A stretch of DNA of 64,000 nucleotides. Source: Caldisericia bacterium (lineage in GTDB: Bacteria > Caldisericota > Caldisericia > JAAYUI01). The translations under genes were made by a program, and so were the position numbers. The notes below the pieces were generated by a model. It did no database searches, had not been told where the DNA came from, and saw only the letters and a program-made list of their open reading frames with translations. This document shows positions 27,892 to 37,761 of the stretch, piece by piece; the first letter of the stretch is position 1; each line of letters starts with the position of its first letter. The stretch lies in the NCBI GenBank assembly GCA_963674785.1, contig OY771555.1, positions 64,001 through 128,000 on the forward strand, given 5' to 3'.

Positions 27892-28495
27892 GTTGCAAAT
27901 TCTGTTTTATTGAGTCAGCTGTAATTTTGTTTTTATCAACTTTTTCTGCGATAACCCTGTCTACACAGAAAATTTCTTCTTCCGATTTAAAAAGACTCTG
28001 TGTAAGCCAGTGAATTCTCCAAGAATGATATGATCCAAGGAGTTCCCCGCTCTTCATATGAGATTCATTTTTTGTGTTCAGAAATGGCTTATCTACGAAT
28101 GCTGAAATAGCATTCAATCCATTCGTATTTGTGATTGATTGAATCTTTTGAAGAGTTTTTTCTCTATCACCAGGTGGGATAAGATTTATAAGGCCAACCG
28201 AAATCACGATATCGTATGGACCACCAAGATCATCAGAATCAACCGACTCAACTCTTGTGTTTATTTTAAGCCCAGACTCTTTTGCCCAGGTTTCAAGTTT
28301 TTCAATTGCCTCAGTCGATGGATCAATCGCAGTCACATTATACCCTTGGCCAGCAAGGAAAATGACATTTCGACCATCACCTACGCCCCAAACCAGAACA
28401 TCTTTGAAGTCTTCCGGTTCAACAAATTCCCACAGTTTCATACAGGTCGTTGTGGGAGCGGCACCCCATGTCAATGTGTTTTGTGATTTATCCAT
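27884..28495 (-). CDS. TehB-like class I SAM-dependent methyltransferase
   Basis: VLVWGVGDGRNVIFLAGQGYNVTAID, YDIVIS, TNTNGLN, GELL..Y..W. Confidence 0.78.
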   Translation of the reverse strand: MDKSQNTLTWGAAPTTTCMKLWEFVEPEDFKDVLVWGVGDGRNVIFLAGQGYNVTAIDPSTEAIEKLETWAKESGLKINTRVESVDSDDLGGPYDIVISVGLINLIPPGDREKTLQKIQSITNTNGLNAISAFVDKPFLNTKNESHMKSGELLGSYHSWRIHWLTQSLFKSEEEIFCVDRVIAEKVDKNKITADSIKQNLQLI

Positions 28496-29165
28496 TGGGA
28501 GATATTTTACCTAACTTTTCCTCATCGTCAACAACTGATGCACGACTATATTCTAAACCCTTAATATATTCGGCTACTTCAGGAAAACTTGGATAACTTT
28601 TCCATTTTACGAAACAATAGATTAAAAGGATCAAGGTCGAACCAAGCAGCAAAAATTCTGTGAATTGAGTTCTGAAAAAAAGAAGTACACCTGATAATAA
28701 AAAGAGGATTGAAGACACCAAAACACCAATAAGCCAGATCCCTTTAGGTACCATCTGGATACTATGTGCCCTACCCATCAAAAGCTTTATACCACTTAAT
28801 GCCTCTGAATAGGATGGTGAACCATCAGCCAATTCAAATCCATCTTTTTCTGGGTTCATCTTTGCGCCCATTGCCCTTGTCAGGGTCTCCAAAAATTCCA
28901 TAGAATAGTCCTTCTTTAATTTTTTAGGTTTTCGTTCTTTTTTTGGATTTCCAGGCAATATTCTCATCGTATCAGAGAGAGTCTCAGAAAATGATGGAGC
29001 TTGATTATATGAGGCAAACTCTTGTGTTTTTAGATATACTTCATATATATCAGAAAGTGAGTCTTGTGCCCATTCATGAAGTAGTGAAGTATTTGCTTGC
29101 TTTAAAGCAATCTCACCTTTATAAACAACTGAAAGATAGAAGCTGGCAACCGGATCGATTTTCAT
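28488..29165 (-). CDS. Hypothetical membrane protein
   Basis: Two C-terminal TM helices; overlaps the downstream start; sits within the operon. Confidence 0.6.
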   Translation of the reverse strand: MKIDPVASFYLSVVYKGEIALKQANTSLLHEWAQDSLSDIYEVYLKTQEFASYNQAPSFSETLSDTMRILPGNPKKERKPKKLKKDYSMEFLETLTRAMGAKMNPEKDGFELADGSPSYSEALSGIKLLMGRAHSIQMVPKGIWLIGVLVSSILFLLSGVLLFFRTQFTEFLLLGSTLILLIYCFVKWKSYPSFPEVAEYIKGLEYSRASVVDDEEKLGKISPNG

Positions 29166-29173
29166 CTAAAAAC

Positions 29174-30550
29174 CTATCTATAAAATATCAAGGTAAGAGC
29201 TCTATTAAACGAGGTTATGTCTCTAATCTCTTTTGAATCAAGGCTTACAATCACTTCCTGGTTACCGTCAACGGCGATCATGGATGGCGTACTATATAGT
29301 CCTAAGGCTGAAACGACCTCAAGTGCAAGGTCGATAACAAGAGGCGATTTTCCAATTCTTCCAGTGAAACCTTTAAGCTTGTCTTCTTTTGATTTTGAGA
29401 CAAAGATTATGTCTTCTTCAGGGAAATCGTTTTTCATGAGTTCATCTCTAACCTCGGCTGCTCGATTCATACAGCTTCCGCATGATGATACATATATGAA
29501 GACTACTTTATGACCATTAAACATTTCCTTGGTAAGATTTGTACCCATCGTGGAAACCATCTCTGGCCAATAAATCTGAGTTCCTTTTGTCAAAGAAAGT
29601 ATCCCAAACGGGAATTTCTCTTTATAGGCACCATATCCATTATTTTTGATAAAATTGAGTTTCAGAGCTTGTGCAACTTTCTCTTTCAATTCAGCTGCAG
29701 TCGGTCCAAAATTAAACTCCTTTGGTTCAGGAGGAATAAATCCAGCTATTTCATCTGCAGATAATCCTACAAAACTACTCCAAATCTTTTGTTCAATCTG
29801 CCACCTTGCAGGATCAGGTTGAGGATGGATTGGATCAATCCCAATTATTCGACCATCATTATCAATTCTAAGTGATGACCTTCTATTTTGAATCTCAAGG
29901 ACACATGCGATATATTTCTTTTGATAGTCTTCATCAAAAACATCAAAGAATTCCAAAGTTTTTGGTTCAGCACTCACACCTGGTTCAGGATCAGAAACAG
30001 TTGCGTTTGGAATTGGCGAACTGTATTCATTTTCAGCAATTGAATATTGTACAATGCACGCATCAGTAATATCACCATAATAGAAAACTACTTTTCTTGC
30101 TTTATTTTCATCAGTTGGGTCAGGTGTGACAATAATTTCAGCTGTCCCTGTTTCTTCAAACTCTTTTGTTACAGGAATCTCATCAAGACCTTTTCTCTCA
30201 GTTGGTGCACTCATTGTCACACTTACCCTTGAAACATCACTATATGGGATACCTTCAGATGACCAAAGATCTTCATGGATGACACCGGTCACTTTAAACT
30301 CGGCACCCTTAAAAAACTCCATCAGCTCTTCTCCATAATATGGCATCTGTGTCACAAATGTATCCTTATCAGGACCAGTAAAAACCATAGACTGATGTGA
30401 AAGATCAAAAACGGTTTCCCAGTTACCATGGGAGATTTCTGTAAGCAATTCGACAACAAGCTTTCCATCCTCATTTCCTCCACAAGATACAAAAGTAAAG
30501 GACGAAACAATAATCACAAGTACCAACAAAAAAGTTATTCTCTTCATCAT
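29174..30550 (-). CDS. Lipoprotein with a C-terminal thioredoxin/redoxin-like domain
   Basis: Lipobox FVSC; GHKVVFIYVSSCGSC (CxxC); LGLYSTPSMIAVD with the cis-Pro loop. Confidence 0.72.
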   Translation of the reverse strand: MMKRITFLLVLVIIVSSFTFVSCGGNEDGKLVVELLTEISHGNWETVFDLSHQSMVFTGPDKDTFVTQMPYYGEELMEFFKGAEFKVTGVIHEDLWSSEGIPYSDVSRVSVTMSAPTERKGLDEIPVTKEFEETGTAEIIVTPDPTDENKARKVVFYYGDITDACIVQYSIAENEYSSPIPNATVSDPEPGVSAEPKTLEFFDVFDEDYQKKYIACVLEIQNRRSSLRIDNDGRIIGIDPIHPQPDPARWQIEQKIWSSFVGLSADEIAGFIPPEPKEFNFGPTAAELKEKVAQALKLNFIKNNGYGAYKEKFPFGILSLTKGTQIYWPEMVSTMGTNLTKEMFNGHKVVFIYVSSCGSCMNRAAEVRDELMKNDFPEEDIIFVSKSKEDKLKGFTGRIGKSPLVIDLALEVVSALGLYSTPSMIAVDGNQEVIVSLDSKEIRDITSFNRALTLIFYR

Positions 30551-32322
30551 TCAACCTCCATAATAAGAAACTCATCTGACTGAGCTAAGACTCTAAAACT
30601 ATTATTCGCCCAATCAAGTAGATTTTCTTCAATATAAAGTGGTGCAGATTCGGTAATATCCTCACCAACTCCAATAGATACATCATACAAATCCCTCGGG
30701 ACATCAGATAGTAACCAACCAAGACTATTTGAGCCGATCGGGACATCAATAAATTCATGTGTAAATGTTGCATCAGACGTTTGAGATTCCAGAATCACTT
30801 CCACTTTTGAAAAATCATCAGATGCAATAAACTCAAGATTCAAGTATTCTTGAGCTCTTATTGGAACAAAAACCCTGAAATTTCTTCCTCTTAGCTCTGT
30901 TTGTTTCCATTCAAAAAGAGCTGTTTTTGAAAGAAGAATATAGTCACCTTTTTCAGGGGTTTTCCCCTCCGGTAAAGCTACCTCACCACGACTCTTTCGA
31001 ATAGCTAGGTAATTGTCAGTCCAGTGCCTATATAAAACTCCACAATGCTTTTCTGTGGCGTACGTAACCCAAAAACGCAATCCATGTCTTGCGTATAAGT
31101 TTTCAGTGTATTCAAGCCCATCTGTTTCCAAAAAGTTATTTAAATCAACAAGCTCTTGGATAGTAACAACAGGTCTTGCAAGCTTGATCGTTTTTAAAAC
31201 TGTATCGTGATAACCGGTGACCGCAAAAACTGTTAATGCCATCAAAACAGCCAAAGACACATAAATAACCTTCTTCTGAGAGACCAATCTCGACAGGTGA
31301 TAGAATCCAAGTCCAATAAGTATTGAGAGAGGAACAAACATCGTCAAAATGTTTCTTTCCTGCCACTCATACTCACAAAGGAAGAGTGCAACAATGAAAA
31401 CAGCAAGCCCAAAGCCGAAAAGCCACAAAGTGAGTTTTCTCCACTTTTTATATGACCAGAACAAACCAAATGCTGGGATTGCTACATGTAGATAATCAAG
31501 AAAATTAAAGTCGACCTGCATTTGATAACGATGGGAGAATAAACCTTTTACTGATGTGATCATGGTTTTCCAGCCATTCAAAGAAAGCTGGACAAAATAT
31601 CGGGATAGGATTGGAATGATAAGTGGGGTGGTGACAATTCCAAGACCAAGTAGTCCCCACATCACAAAGGAAATGATTTTACCATTTTTCCAATTAGATG
31701 ATGGGAGCATAACTGCTAAAATCACAAAAGAACAAGCCAGGAAAATTATTGAGGAAGGTGTATGTGAAAGCAATACTCCAATAAGGGAAATTACCCAAAA
31801 CAAAAGGCTTTTTTTCTGATTCTTCTTCTCAATAAACCAATAAAGGGAAATCAGTCCAAAAAGCAATATTGGAAGTGCTACAGTCTGCTTAAGATAACCC
31901 AGAGGATACCAAAAAACTCCGAGTGAAACACACCATCCAAGTAGACCAGCAAATGCTGGTAGATCATCTTTTGTTACTTTTTTCAAAAAATCAAATATCA
32001 GCCAGCCGACCATCACAATGGAAATAGTTGATACAATCTTTATTCCAGCATGAGCACTTCCAAATAAGAACCCGCAAAAGGCTGAAAGCAGAAATGGAAG
32101 AATTGGTGATCCTGAAAATGGCATTTTTTTAAAATTCATTAATGCCTGTACATTAGCGGCGTTATTGCCGCCATCCATATTAAGAGCGAGTGGATGCCTG
32201 AATTGAATGATTATGAGTCCTGCAGCTAAGATACTTAAAATCAAAAATGCAACTATCCAAGAGGAATGTTTCTTGATAAACCTTATGAACGGATTGTTTT
32301 GGAATGTTGAAACTACTGTCAT
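30547..32322 (-). CDS. Polytopic membrane protein, probably a GT-C glycosyltransferase
   Basis: About 11-12 TM, acidic first loop (NMDGG), LSHTPS, and a soluble C-terminal domain. The family call is inference. Confidence 0.55.
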   Translation of the reverse strand: MTVVSTFQNNPFIRFIKKHSSWIVAFLILSILAAGLIIIQFRHPLALNMDGGNNAANVQALMNFKKMPFSGSPILPFLLSAFCGFLFGSAHAGIKIVSTISIVMVGWLIFDFLKKVTKDDLPAFAGLLGWCVSLGVFWYPLGYLKQTVALPILLFGLISLYWFIEKKNQKKSLLFWVISLIGVLLSHTPSSIIFLACSFVILAVMLPSSNWKNGKIISFVMWGLLGLGIVTTPLIIPILSRYFVQLSLNGWKTMITSVKGLFSHRYQMQVDFNFLDYLHVAIPAFGLFWSYKKWRKLTLWLFGFGLAVFIVALFLCEYEWQERNILTMFVPLSILIGLGFYHLSRLVSQKKVIYVSLAVLMALTVFAVTGYHDTVLKTIKLARPVVTIQELVDLNNFLETDGLEYTENLYARHGLRFWVTYATEKHCGVLYRHWTDNYLAIRKSRGEVALPEGKTPEKGDYILLSKTALFEWKQTELRGRNFRVFVPIRAQEYLNLEFIASDDFSKVEVILESQTSDATFTHEFIDVPIGSNSLGWLLSDVPRDLYDVSIGVGEDITESAPLYIEENLLDWANNSFRVLAQSDEFLIMEVE

Positions 32323-33758
32323 TGTCCCAAATACTTCCTTCTCATCTCAGCCTCTTTTCCACAAGACATTCTACCTTCTCTACAAGCACCATAAAAGACG
32401 CATGATGGTCCTACTCGAGAGAAAATCTTTGGAGCCTTTTCTTTGAGTAATGTCAACATTCTATCAGCATAATCCCTGATCTCCCACTGAGCACGATTGC
32501 ATGTTCGAAGCAACAGGAAATGTATCAGCTCCCTTGCATTAATAGTTGTTACAACATTTATCGCCTGTCCTGATAACAATGTGTAGACCCTGTTTTCTGG
32601 TCTCACCTCAAACCTGTCCATTGCAAGACTGAATGAATCATGAGAATTAACTGCAGACTTAAAGACTGAGTGTGCCTCTGTTACTTTTTTGATTGATTCG
32701 GGCTCTATTATGTGTCGGCACTTATAAAGATTCGAGAAATTTGGAATAATGATTGACTGGATTCTGTGCCTCACAAGGTGTGTTAGAGTTGGAAGACTCA
32801 TCCCTCGGAGAGAGAAGGTGAAATTTACCTGTTCAAGCTCCCTGGCATGTCTGTGTTTTAAAACCTCATCAATAACTTTGTCTTCAATTTCATCAGTTAT
32901 TGCTTCATCGACTTCATTCGAATCCATACCTGTATCGGCCATAATTGCTGCTTTTGTGAGTGTTCTATCGGGATCAGGAGTACAAGCGATGATATCGACA
33001 CCCACTCTCGTATCGACATCATCTTTTTTTGTAATTAACTTGGAGATTGAATTCAAGTCTCTTGCTTTCCCAAATTCGAATGCTTCGATCTTTGAAAACA
33101 TTGCAGGGGCAACTCTGGAAAGCATTTTTTGCAGTGTTGCACCAATCCATGTGACTTCAGGGAAAGCAGCTCCACGACCATGAATTGCATCATATATAAC
33201 ATGAATCCATGTTCTTGCATTTGCTGTCAATATGAAATTTGACTTGAAAGAATACGGCAATATAAACCTTGCATCCTCCGGGGGAATCCCTATATCGAGG
33301 AGTTTTTTATACGCAAGAAACAGCCCTTCACAATAGTGAACATATCGCTGTGAAAGAGGACCATAAAACTCTGGTCCCACATATGGTTTATCTGTGTTCC
33401 CCCAAAGATCATTTTCTCCCTCGGGAGCAAGATATGGAACAATATATCCAGCATCAGCATGTGAAACATATCTCCTCGACTTCACAGTGAATGATGCAAG
33501 TCGATGAGTTATCATGTATTGCTCAACAAAAACAGAAACATTTTCAAAGGCTATTGTAAAATTTGCGTGTTCAGAAACTGATTTGTGTCCCATTCCAATT
33601 ATTCTTCGAAGTGAATCAGGGTGTCCACCTTCGGGAGTTTTTTCATATATCTCAGTTGGTTTTCCAGGCAGAGTCGAAACTCTAGCTGAAAGAGTACAAA
33701 TCCTCTGTGGATCATCAGTTCCTGTCAAAAGAGTCAATCTTGTATCATTGCTCTTCAT
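32319..33758 (-). CDS. thyX: FAD-dependent thymidylate synthase ThyX with two tandem ThyX domains
   Basis: GHKSVSEH, THRLASFTVKSRRY, EDARFILP in domain 1; RHRIQS and NARELIHFLLLRTCNRAQWEIR in domain 2. Confidence 0.9.
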   Translation of the reverse strand: MKSNDTRLTLLTGTDDPQRICTLSARVSTLPGKPTEIYEKTPEGGHPDSLRRIIGMGHKSVSEHANFTIAFENVSVFVEQYMITHRLASFTVKSRRYVSHADAGYIVPYLAPEGENDLWGNTDKPYVGPEFYGPLSQRYVHYCEGLFLAYKKLLDIGIPPEDARFILPYSFKSNFILTANARTWIHVIYDAIHGRGAAFPEVTWIGATLQKMLSRVAPAMFSKIEAFEFGKARDLNSISKLITKKDDVDTRVGVDIIACTPDPDRTLTKAAIMADTGMDSNEVDEAITDEIEDKVIDEVLKHRHARELEQVNFTFSLRGMSLPTLTHLVRHRIQSIIIPNFSNLYKCRHIIEPESIKKVTEAHSVFKSAVNSHDSFSLAMDRFEVRPENRVYTLLSGQAINVVTTINARELIHFLLLRTCNRAQWEIRDYADRMLTLLKEKAPKIFSRVGPSCVFYGACREGRMSCGKEAEMRRKYLGQ

Positions 33759-33766
33759 AATAGTCC

Positions 33767-34321
33767 CTACAGTCCCAACTCTTTAGAAATTCCCTTCATA
33801 GCCTCAAGACCAATTCCAATAAATTCTTCAAGACTCAATCCAAGGCTAATGCAGTTTTCGATTTGATCCCTGTTTGCTCCTGCCGCAAAACGCTTTTCTT
33901 TGAATCGATTCAAAACAAAAGGCACATCAATCGATGAAAGCTTTTTGTCTTTATGAATCAAAGCACAAGCAACAATCAGCCCAGTGAGAGGATCGCATGT
34001 GTGAAGAGCTTCATCCATTTTGCTGACCCTTTTAACACCGGTCATTGAGTTGTGACAGGAAACAGCATAACAGACATCTTCTGGGTAACCGAGTTCTTCC
34101 AACCACTTTGACCCAACAAGGGCATGTTTCTCTGGAGTTTTCTCAGTTTCAGTATAATCAATATCATGAACCAAGCCTGCCAAACCCCATAGTTCTTCGT
34201 CCTCACCAAACTTTTTTGCAAGCTGAGACATCACAGCCTCTGTAGCCAGCATATGTTTGATAAGATTCTTATTGCTGATCTTCTCTAAAACAAGCTTATA
34301 CGCAGATTCTCTGGTAATCAT
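33767..34321 (-). CDS. HDIG/HD-domain phosphohydrolase (probable start ATG 34321)
   Basis: KHMLATE, GLVHDIDY, H residues, DPLTGLI, FKEKRFAAGANRD. Confidence 0.88.
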   Translation of the reverse strand: MITRESAYKLVLEKISNKNLIKHMLATEAVMSQLAKKFGEDEELWGLAGLVHDIDYTETEKTPEKHALVGSKWLEELGYPEDVCYAVSCHNSMTGVKRVSKMDEALHTCDPLTGLIVACALIHKDKKLSSIDVPFVLNRFKEKRFAAGANRDQIENCISLGLSLEEFIGIGLEAMKGISKELGL

Positions 34322-34613
34322 GAGCCACCCTTTTATATTGATTATCGCAAACTCCAATTCTATTCATAGGACATGGAATGGTCAAGTTTTTATCTGGAAT
34401 AGAGTAGTGTGAAATATTTACACGAACATTTACCGAAAATAGCCATTTTTTCTGTATTGACTATATTGAATAAGAACTGCATTTTCTTCCGAAATAATCT
34501 ATGTTTCTAGGTAATATATCGACTTGCAGAAAAAATACCAGTTTACAATTTGGAAATAATAATTATTTGCAAAAGCTTTGTTTTCATGGCATTATAATGG
34601 TAAGAGTCGTAAT

Positions 34614-35180
34614 ATGAATGATTCATCAGAACTGAAAAAAATGCTTAGAGGAGACTCAGTTCTCCTTAGACCTATGGTTGAGCAAGACCTTGCAACAAGG
34701 TCATTTTGGATGATGGATTCTGAAATTCTTTCCATGATGGGTTACCCAAAATCTATTGCTGAGAGAAAAATAAGCAATAACGACGCACTTGCCGAAAGTC
34801 ATAGATGGTTTCGCAAAAGAAAGGAAAGAAACGATTTTGTCTGGGCAATTGACCACGATGGGAAGTTAGTCGGAGATATTACTGCCCACATATACGAGAC
34901 TCAAAAAAGGGCAGAGCTCTATATTGTCATTGGAGATAAAACGATGTGGGGGAAAGGTCTTGGGAAAGAGGCCTGTATCCTAGTTTTAGATGAGATATTT
35001 AGAACGTCTGACCTTTACTACATAGACACATATATAACACCTGAAAACACGAGAAGCCTTTCATTAGCACTTTCACTCGGGTTTACTACATTTGGAACTC
35101 AAACAGGTGGCACAAAGGTTTTAAGACTCATCAAAAAAACATGGGAAATCAGAAACAGAAGGAAACTTAGTCCCTTTTAA
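34614..35180 (+). CDS. GNAT family (RimJ/RimL-like) N-acetyltransferase
   Basis: VLLRPM, IGDKTMWGKGLG, PENTRSL...LGF. Confidence 0.82.
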   Translation: MNDSSELKKMLRGDSVLLRPMVEQDLATRSFWMMDSEILSMMGYPKSIAERKISNNDALAESHRWFRKRKERNDFVWAIDHDGKLVGDITAHIYETQKRAELYIVIGDKTMWGKGLGKEACILVLDEIFRTSDLYYIDTYITPENTRSLSLALSLGFTTFGTQTGGTKVLRLIKKTWEIRNRRKLSPF

Positions 35181-36151
35181 GGTTTACCAGCCCAACTCAG
35201 GGATGATGAAAGTGGATTCATGCTCTTTCCATTTTTATGTACCTCAAAATGGAGATGTGGGCATGTCGATCGACCTGTTGATCCACACGATCCAATCCAG
35301 TCGCCGACATTCACAAAATCACCAACACCTACAAAGTATCCTGACAAGTGTCCGTACCTCGTAACATACCCAGAAGAATGCTGAATATCTATGCAATGGC
35401 CGTATCCTGCAAACCAGGAAGCTCGAATAACCTTACCAGCACCCGCAGCACAAATGGGTGTTCCAGAATCGGCAACAAGATCAACACCAGCATGGAATCT
35501 TCCACGCTCAGGAAGATAACCATATTTCGATGAAACACTAACACCCTGGATTGGCCAGTACTCAGGAATTCCATAATTTCCAGTTGGGTCTAGTTCTTCT
35601 GGGTTTACAGGAAGATACTCATCATTTATGTCAATCTCAACCTTCTGGACATCTCCACCAACTTTTTGTGTGCTTGCAGTAGCAGTTGAAGCGGCAGTAG
35701 TTGACTTCTTGGTAGATTGTTTCTGTTTTTCAGCTTGAGCCAGCAATAGCTTTTGTTTCTCTTCCTCTTCCTTCTTCTTTTTTTCAGCGAGAATTCGTTG
35801 TTCTTCTAAAGCCTTTTTCTCAGCTTCAACCCTTGCAAAAATAATATCATTAGCATTATCAATTATTCTGTTCGATGTAAAAATCACATCATCGAAAATA
35901 ATGTTCTTCTCACATATTATTTCTGAAACAGAGATAACCGCGGAAGTTGATATATAAGTTTCATCAACTAGAACTGAGTCAAAAGAAGATGAAAAAGAGA
36001 TGGAAAAACCAAAAACTACAAGCAGGACAAACGCAAGGGAAACCGCCACTGAACCCAGGAGAAGAAAACTCTTTGCTCTCTTTCTTCGGTCTTCCTGGGC
36101 TTTCAGTTCCTTGAATCGATGCGGGTCAAAGAATAAACTTCCCTTGTTCAT
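35177..36151 (-). CDS. M23 family peptidoglycan metallopeptidase
   Basis: N-terminal TM and coiled coil; HAGVD (HxxxD), TRYGHL, HLHFEV (HxH). Confidence 0.92.
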   Translation of the reverse strand: MNKGSLFFDPHRFKELKAQEDRRKRAKSFLLLGSVAVSLAFVLLVVFGFSISFSSSFDSVLVDETYISTSAVISVSEIICEKNIIFDDVIFTSNRIIDNANDIIFARVEAEKKALEEQRILAEKKKKEEEEKQKLLLAQAEKQKQSTKKSTTAASTATASTQKVGGDVQKVEIDINDEYLPVNPEELDPTGNYGIPEYWPIQGVSVSSKYGYLPERGRFHAGVDLVADSGTPICAAGAGKVIRASWFAGYGHCIDIQHSSGYVTRYGHLSGYFVGVGDFVNVGDWIGSCGSTGRSTCPHLHFEVHKNGKSMNPLSSSLSWAGKP

Positions 36152-36186
36152 ATACTTACTTTACTCACACAGACATAGAAATGCAA
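36152..36186 (-). promoter_or_regulatory. M23 peptidase promoter, probably leaderless
   Basis: TTGCAT-17 bp-TAAAGT-6 nt-ATG; no SD. Confidence 0.58.
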
Positions 36187-36272
36187 CAATAAAGACATAG
36201 TTTAATGGTAAACCTTGACACAAAACAACTGCATGCTAGAATTCCAGTCTTGTTAGAAGATAATTTTGATGC

Positions 36273-36348
36273 AGGTCAGTAGCTCAATTGGTAGAGCACC
36301 GGTCTCCAAAACCGGGTGTTGGGGGTTCAAGTCCCTCCTGGCCTGCCA
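36273..36348 (+). tRNA. tRNA-Trp (CCA)
   Basis: AGGTCAGTAGCTCAATTGGTAGAGCACCGGTCTCCAAAACCGGGTGTTGGGGGTTCAAGTCCCTCCTGGCCTGCCA: 76 nt, preceded by TTGACA...TAGAAT, in the canonical position before secE. Confidence 0.97.
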
Positions 36349-36360
36349 GCGAGGACTAAG

Positions 36361-36696
36361 ATGGCAGCAAAAGCAAAAAAATCGAACTTCCTAGCGGACG
36401 TTTGGTATGAACTTACGACGAAGGTAGTTTGGCCAACATGGAAAAGGCTAAAGGTCGCAACAATTGTTGTTGTTGGGTTCATTATTATTTGGGCGTTAAT
36501 TCTTTACGGATTTGATTCTGCTTTCACGTGGTTCCAGGGCAAACTTGTGGACGATGCAGTTGTACAGAAAGAATATAACAATCTGATGGAATCAAGACAG
36601 CCAGACACTGAAGACGCAACTGACACCGACACAACTCTTCCAGAGGATTTTGAGATCCCAATCGAAGAGACAACCGCTCCAGAAACAAATCAGTAG
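36361..36696 (+). CDS. secE: Preprotein translocase subunit SecE
   Basis: GAGG RBS; FLADVWYELTTKVVWPT followed by one TM; lies between tRNA-Trp and nusG. Confidence 0.9.
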   Translation: MAAKAKKSNFLADVWYELTTKVVWPTWKRLKVATIVVVGFIIIWALILYGFDSAFTWFQGKLVDDAVVQKEYNNLMESRQPDTEDATDTDTTLPEDFEIPIEETTAPETNQ

Positions 36697-36728
36697 GAAG
36701 AAAAAAAGAAGGTATAAGGTAGGAAAAC

Positions 36729-37262
36729 ATGCCACTCCCAGAACGACACTGGTACATTTTACATACCTATAGCGGGTACGAGAATAAGGTAAAGATCAAC
36801 CTAACACAGAGGGTTCAATCCATGAATATGGAAGACCTCATTTTTAGGATTGAGGTACCGGTCGATTTCCAGGTCAAACTTAAAGACGGTAAGAGACAGA
36901 TTTTACCAGAAAAGGTTTATCCTGGTTATGTTCTTGTTGAGATGGTTATGACAGACCAATCCTGGTATGTCGTAAGAAACACACCTGGTGTTATCGGATT
37001 TGTAGGATCTGGTGGAAAACCACTCCCACTTGAAGGCCCTGAGGTTGATCACATGCTTGAACGTGTTGGTTTCGAAGAAGCCAAAGCAAATATCAACTTC
37101 AAAATCGGTGACTCGATTAGAGTTGTCGGTGGCCCATTCAATGAGATGATTGGTGTTGTTGAGTCAATAAACGACGAAAGAGAAAAAGCAAAAGTAAGGT
37201 TATCAATGTTTGGCAGAGAAATGCCAGTTGAACTTGACTTTGTAAATATAGAAGTAATTTAA
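36729..37262 (+). CDS. nusG: Transcription termination/antitermination factor NusG
   Basis: WYILHTYSGYENKVK, YPGYVLVEM, VRNTPGVIGFVG, KOW domain, MFGREMPVEL. Confidence 0.97.
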   Translation: MPLPERHWYILHTYSGYENKVKINLTQRVQSMNMEDLIFRIEVPVDFQVKLKDGKRQILPEKVYPGYVLVEMVMTDQSWYVVRNTPGVIGFVGSGGKPLPLEGPEVDHMLERVGFEEAKANINFKIGDSIRVVGGPFNEMIGVVESINDEREKAKVRLSMFGREMPVELDFVNIEVI

Positions 37263-37277
37263 GGAGAACGATAAAGA

Positions 37278-37703
37278 ATGGCTAAGGTAATAGATGGATA
37301 TTTAAAACTGCAGATCGAGGCAGGAAAGGCAAACCCAGCTCCTCCAGTTGGTCCCGCTCTTGGACAGCGTGGAATCAATATCATGCAGTTTTGCAAAGAC
37401 TTCAATGACAAAACAAAGGATAAACCAGGAATGGTCATCCCTGTTGTTATTACAGTCTACAAAGACAAATCATACGACTTCATCTTAAAGACTCCACCAG
37501 CAGCTGATTTGATCAAGAAAGCACTCAAACTCAAATCAGGTTCAGGTGAACCAAACAAGAGAAAAGTTGGCAAATTGACAAAGGCACAGGTTGAAGAAAT
37601 CGCAAAGATCAAGATGCCTGACCTCAACTCAGCCAATATCGAATCTGCAATGAGAGTCGTTGAAGGCACAGCCCGTTCAATGGGCGTTGAAATCAAAGAA
37701 TAA
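37278..37703 (+). CDS. rplK: 50S ribosomal protein L11
   Basis: [30 protein letters not shown]. Confidence 0.98.
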   Translation: MAKVIDGYLKLQIEAGKANPAPPVGPALGQRGINIMQFCKDFNDKTKDKPGMVIPVVITVYKDKSYDFILKTPPAADLIKKALKLKSGSGEPNKRKVGKLTKAQVEEIAKIKMPDLNSANIESAMRVVEGTARSMGVEIKE

Positions 37704-37719
37704 CTAATTTCTAATAACT

Positions 37720-37751
37720 TGTGGAAGAGCAAAAAGCTCGATCGCACCACA
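37720..37751 (+). promoter_or_regulatory. Putative L1-binding autoregulatory RNA element before rplA
   Basis: TGTGG-AA-GAGC-AAAAA-GCTC-GATCGCA-CCACA stem with an asymmetric internal loop next to the rplA RBS, resembling GUGGGAG...ACCAC L1 sites. Confidence 0.6.
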
Positions 37752-37761
37752 TGGAGGAAAC

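Noticed and set aside
34407-34423. GTGTGAAATATTTACAC as a Rex or CRP-like site
   Set aside because: The right half-site and spacing deviate from TTGTGAA-N4-TTCACAA, and the flanking genes give no support.
36316-36360. N-terminal extension of SecE
   Set aside because: It overlaps tRNA-Trp; the RBS supports ATG 36361.
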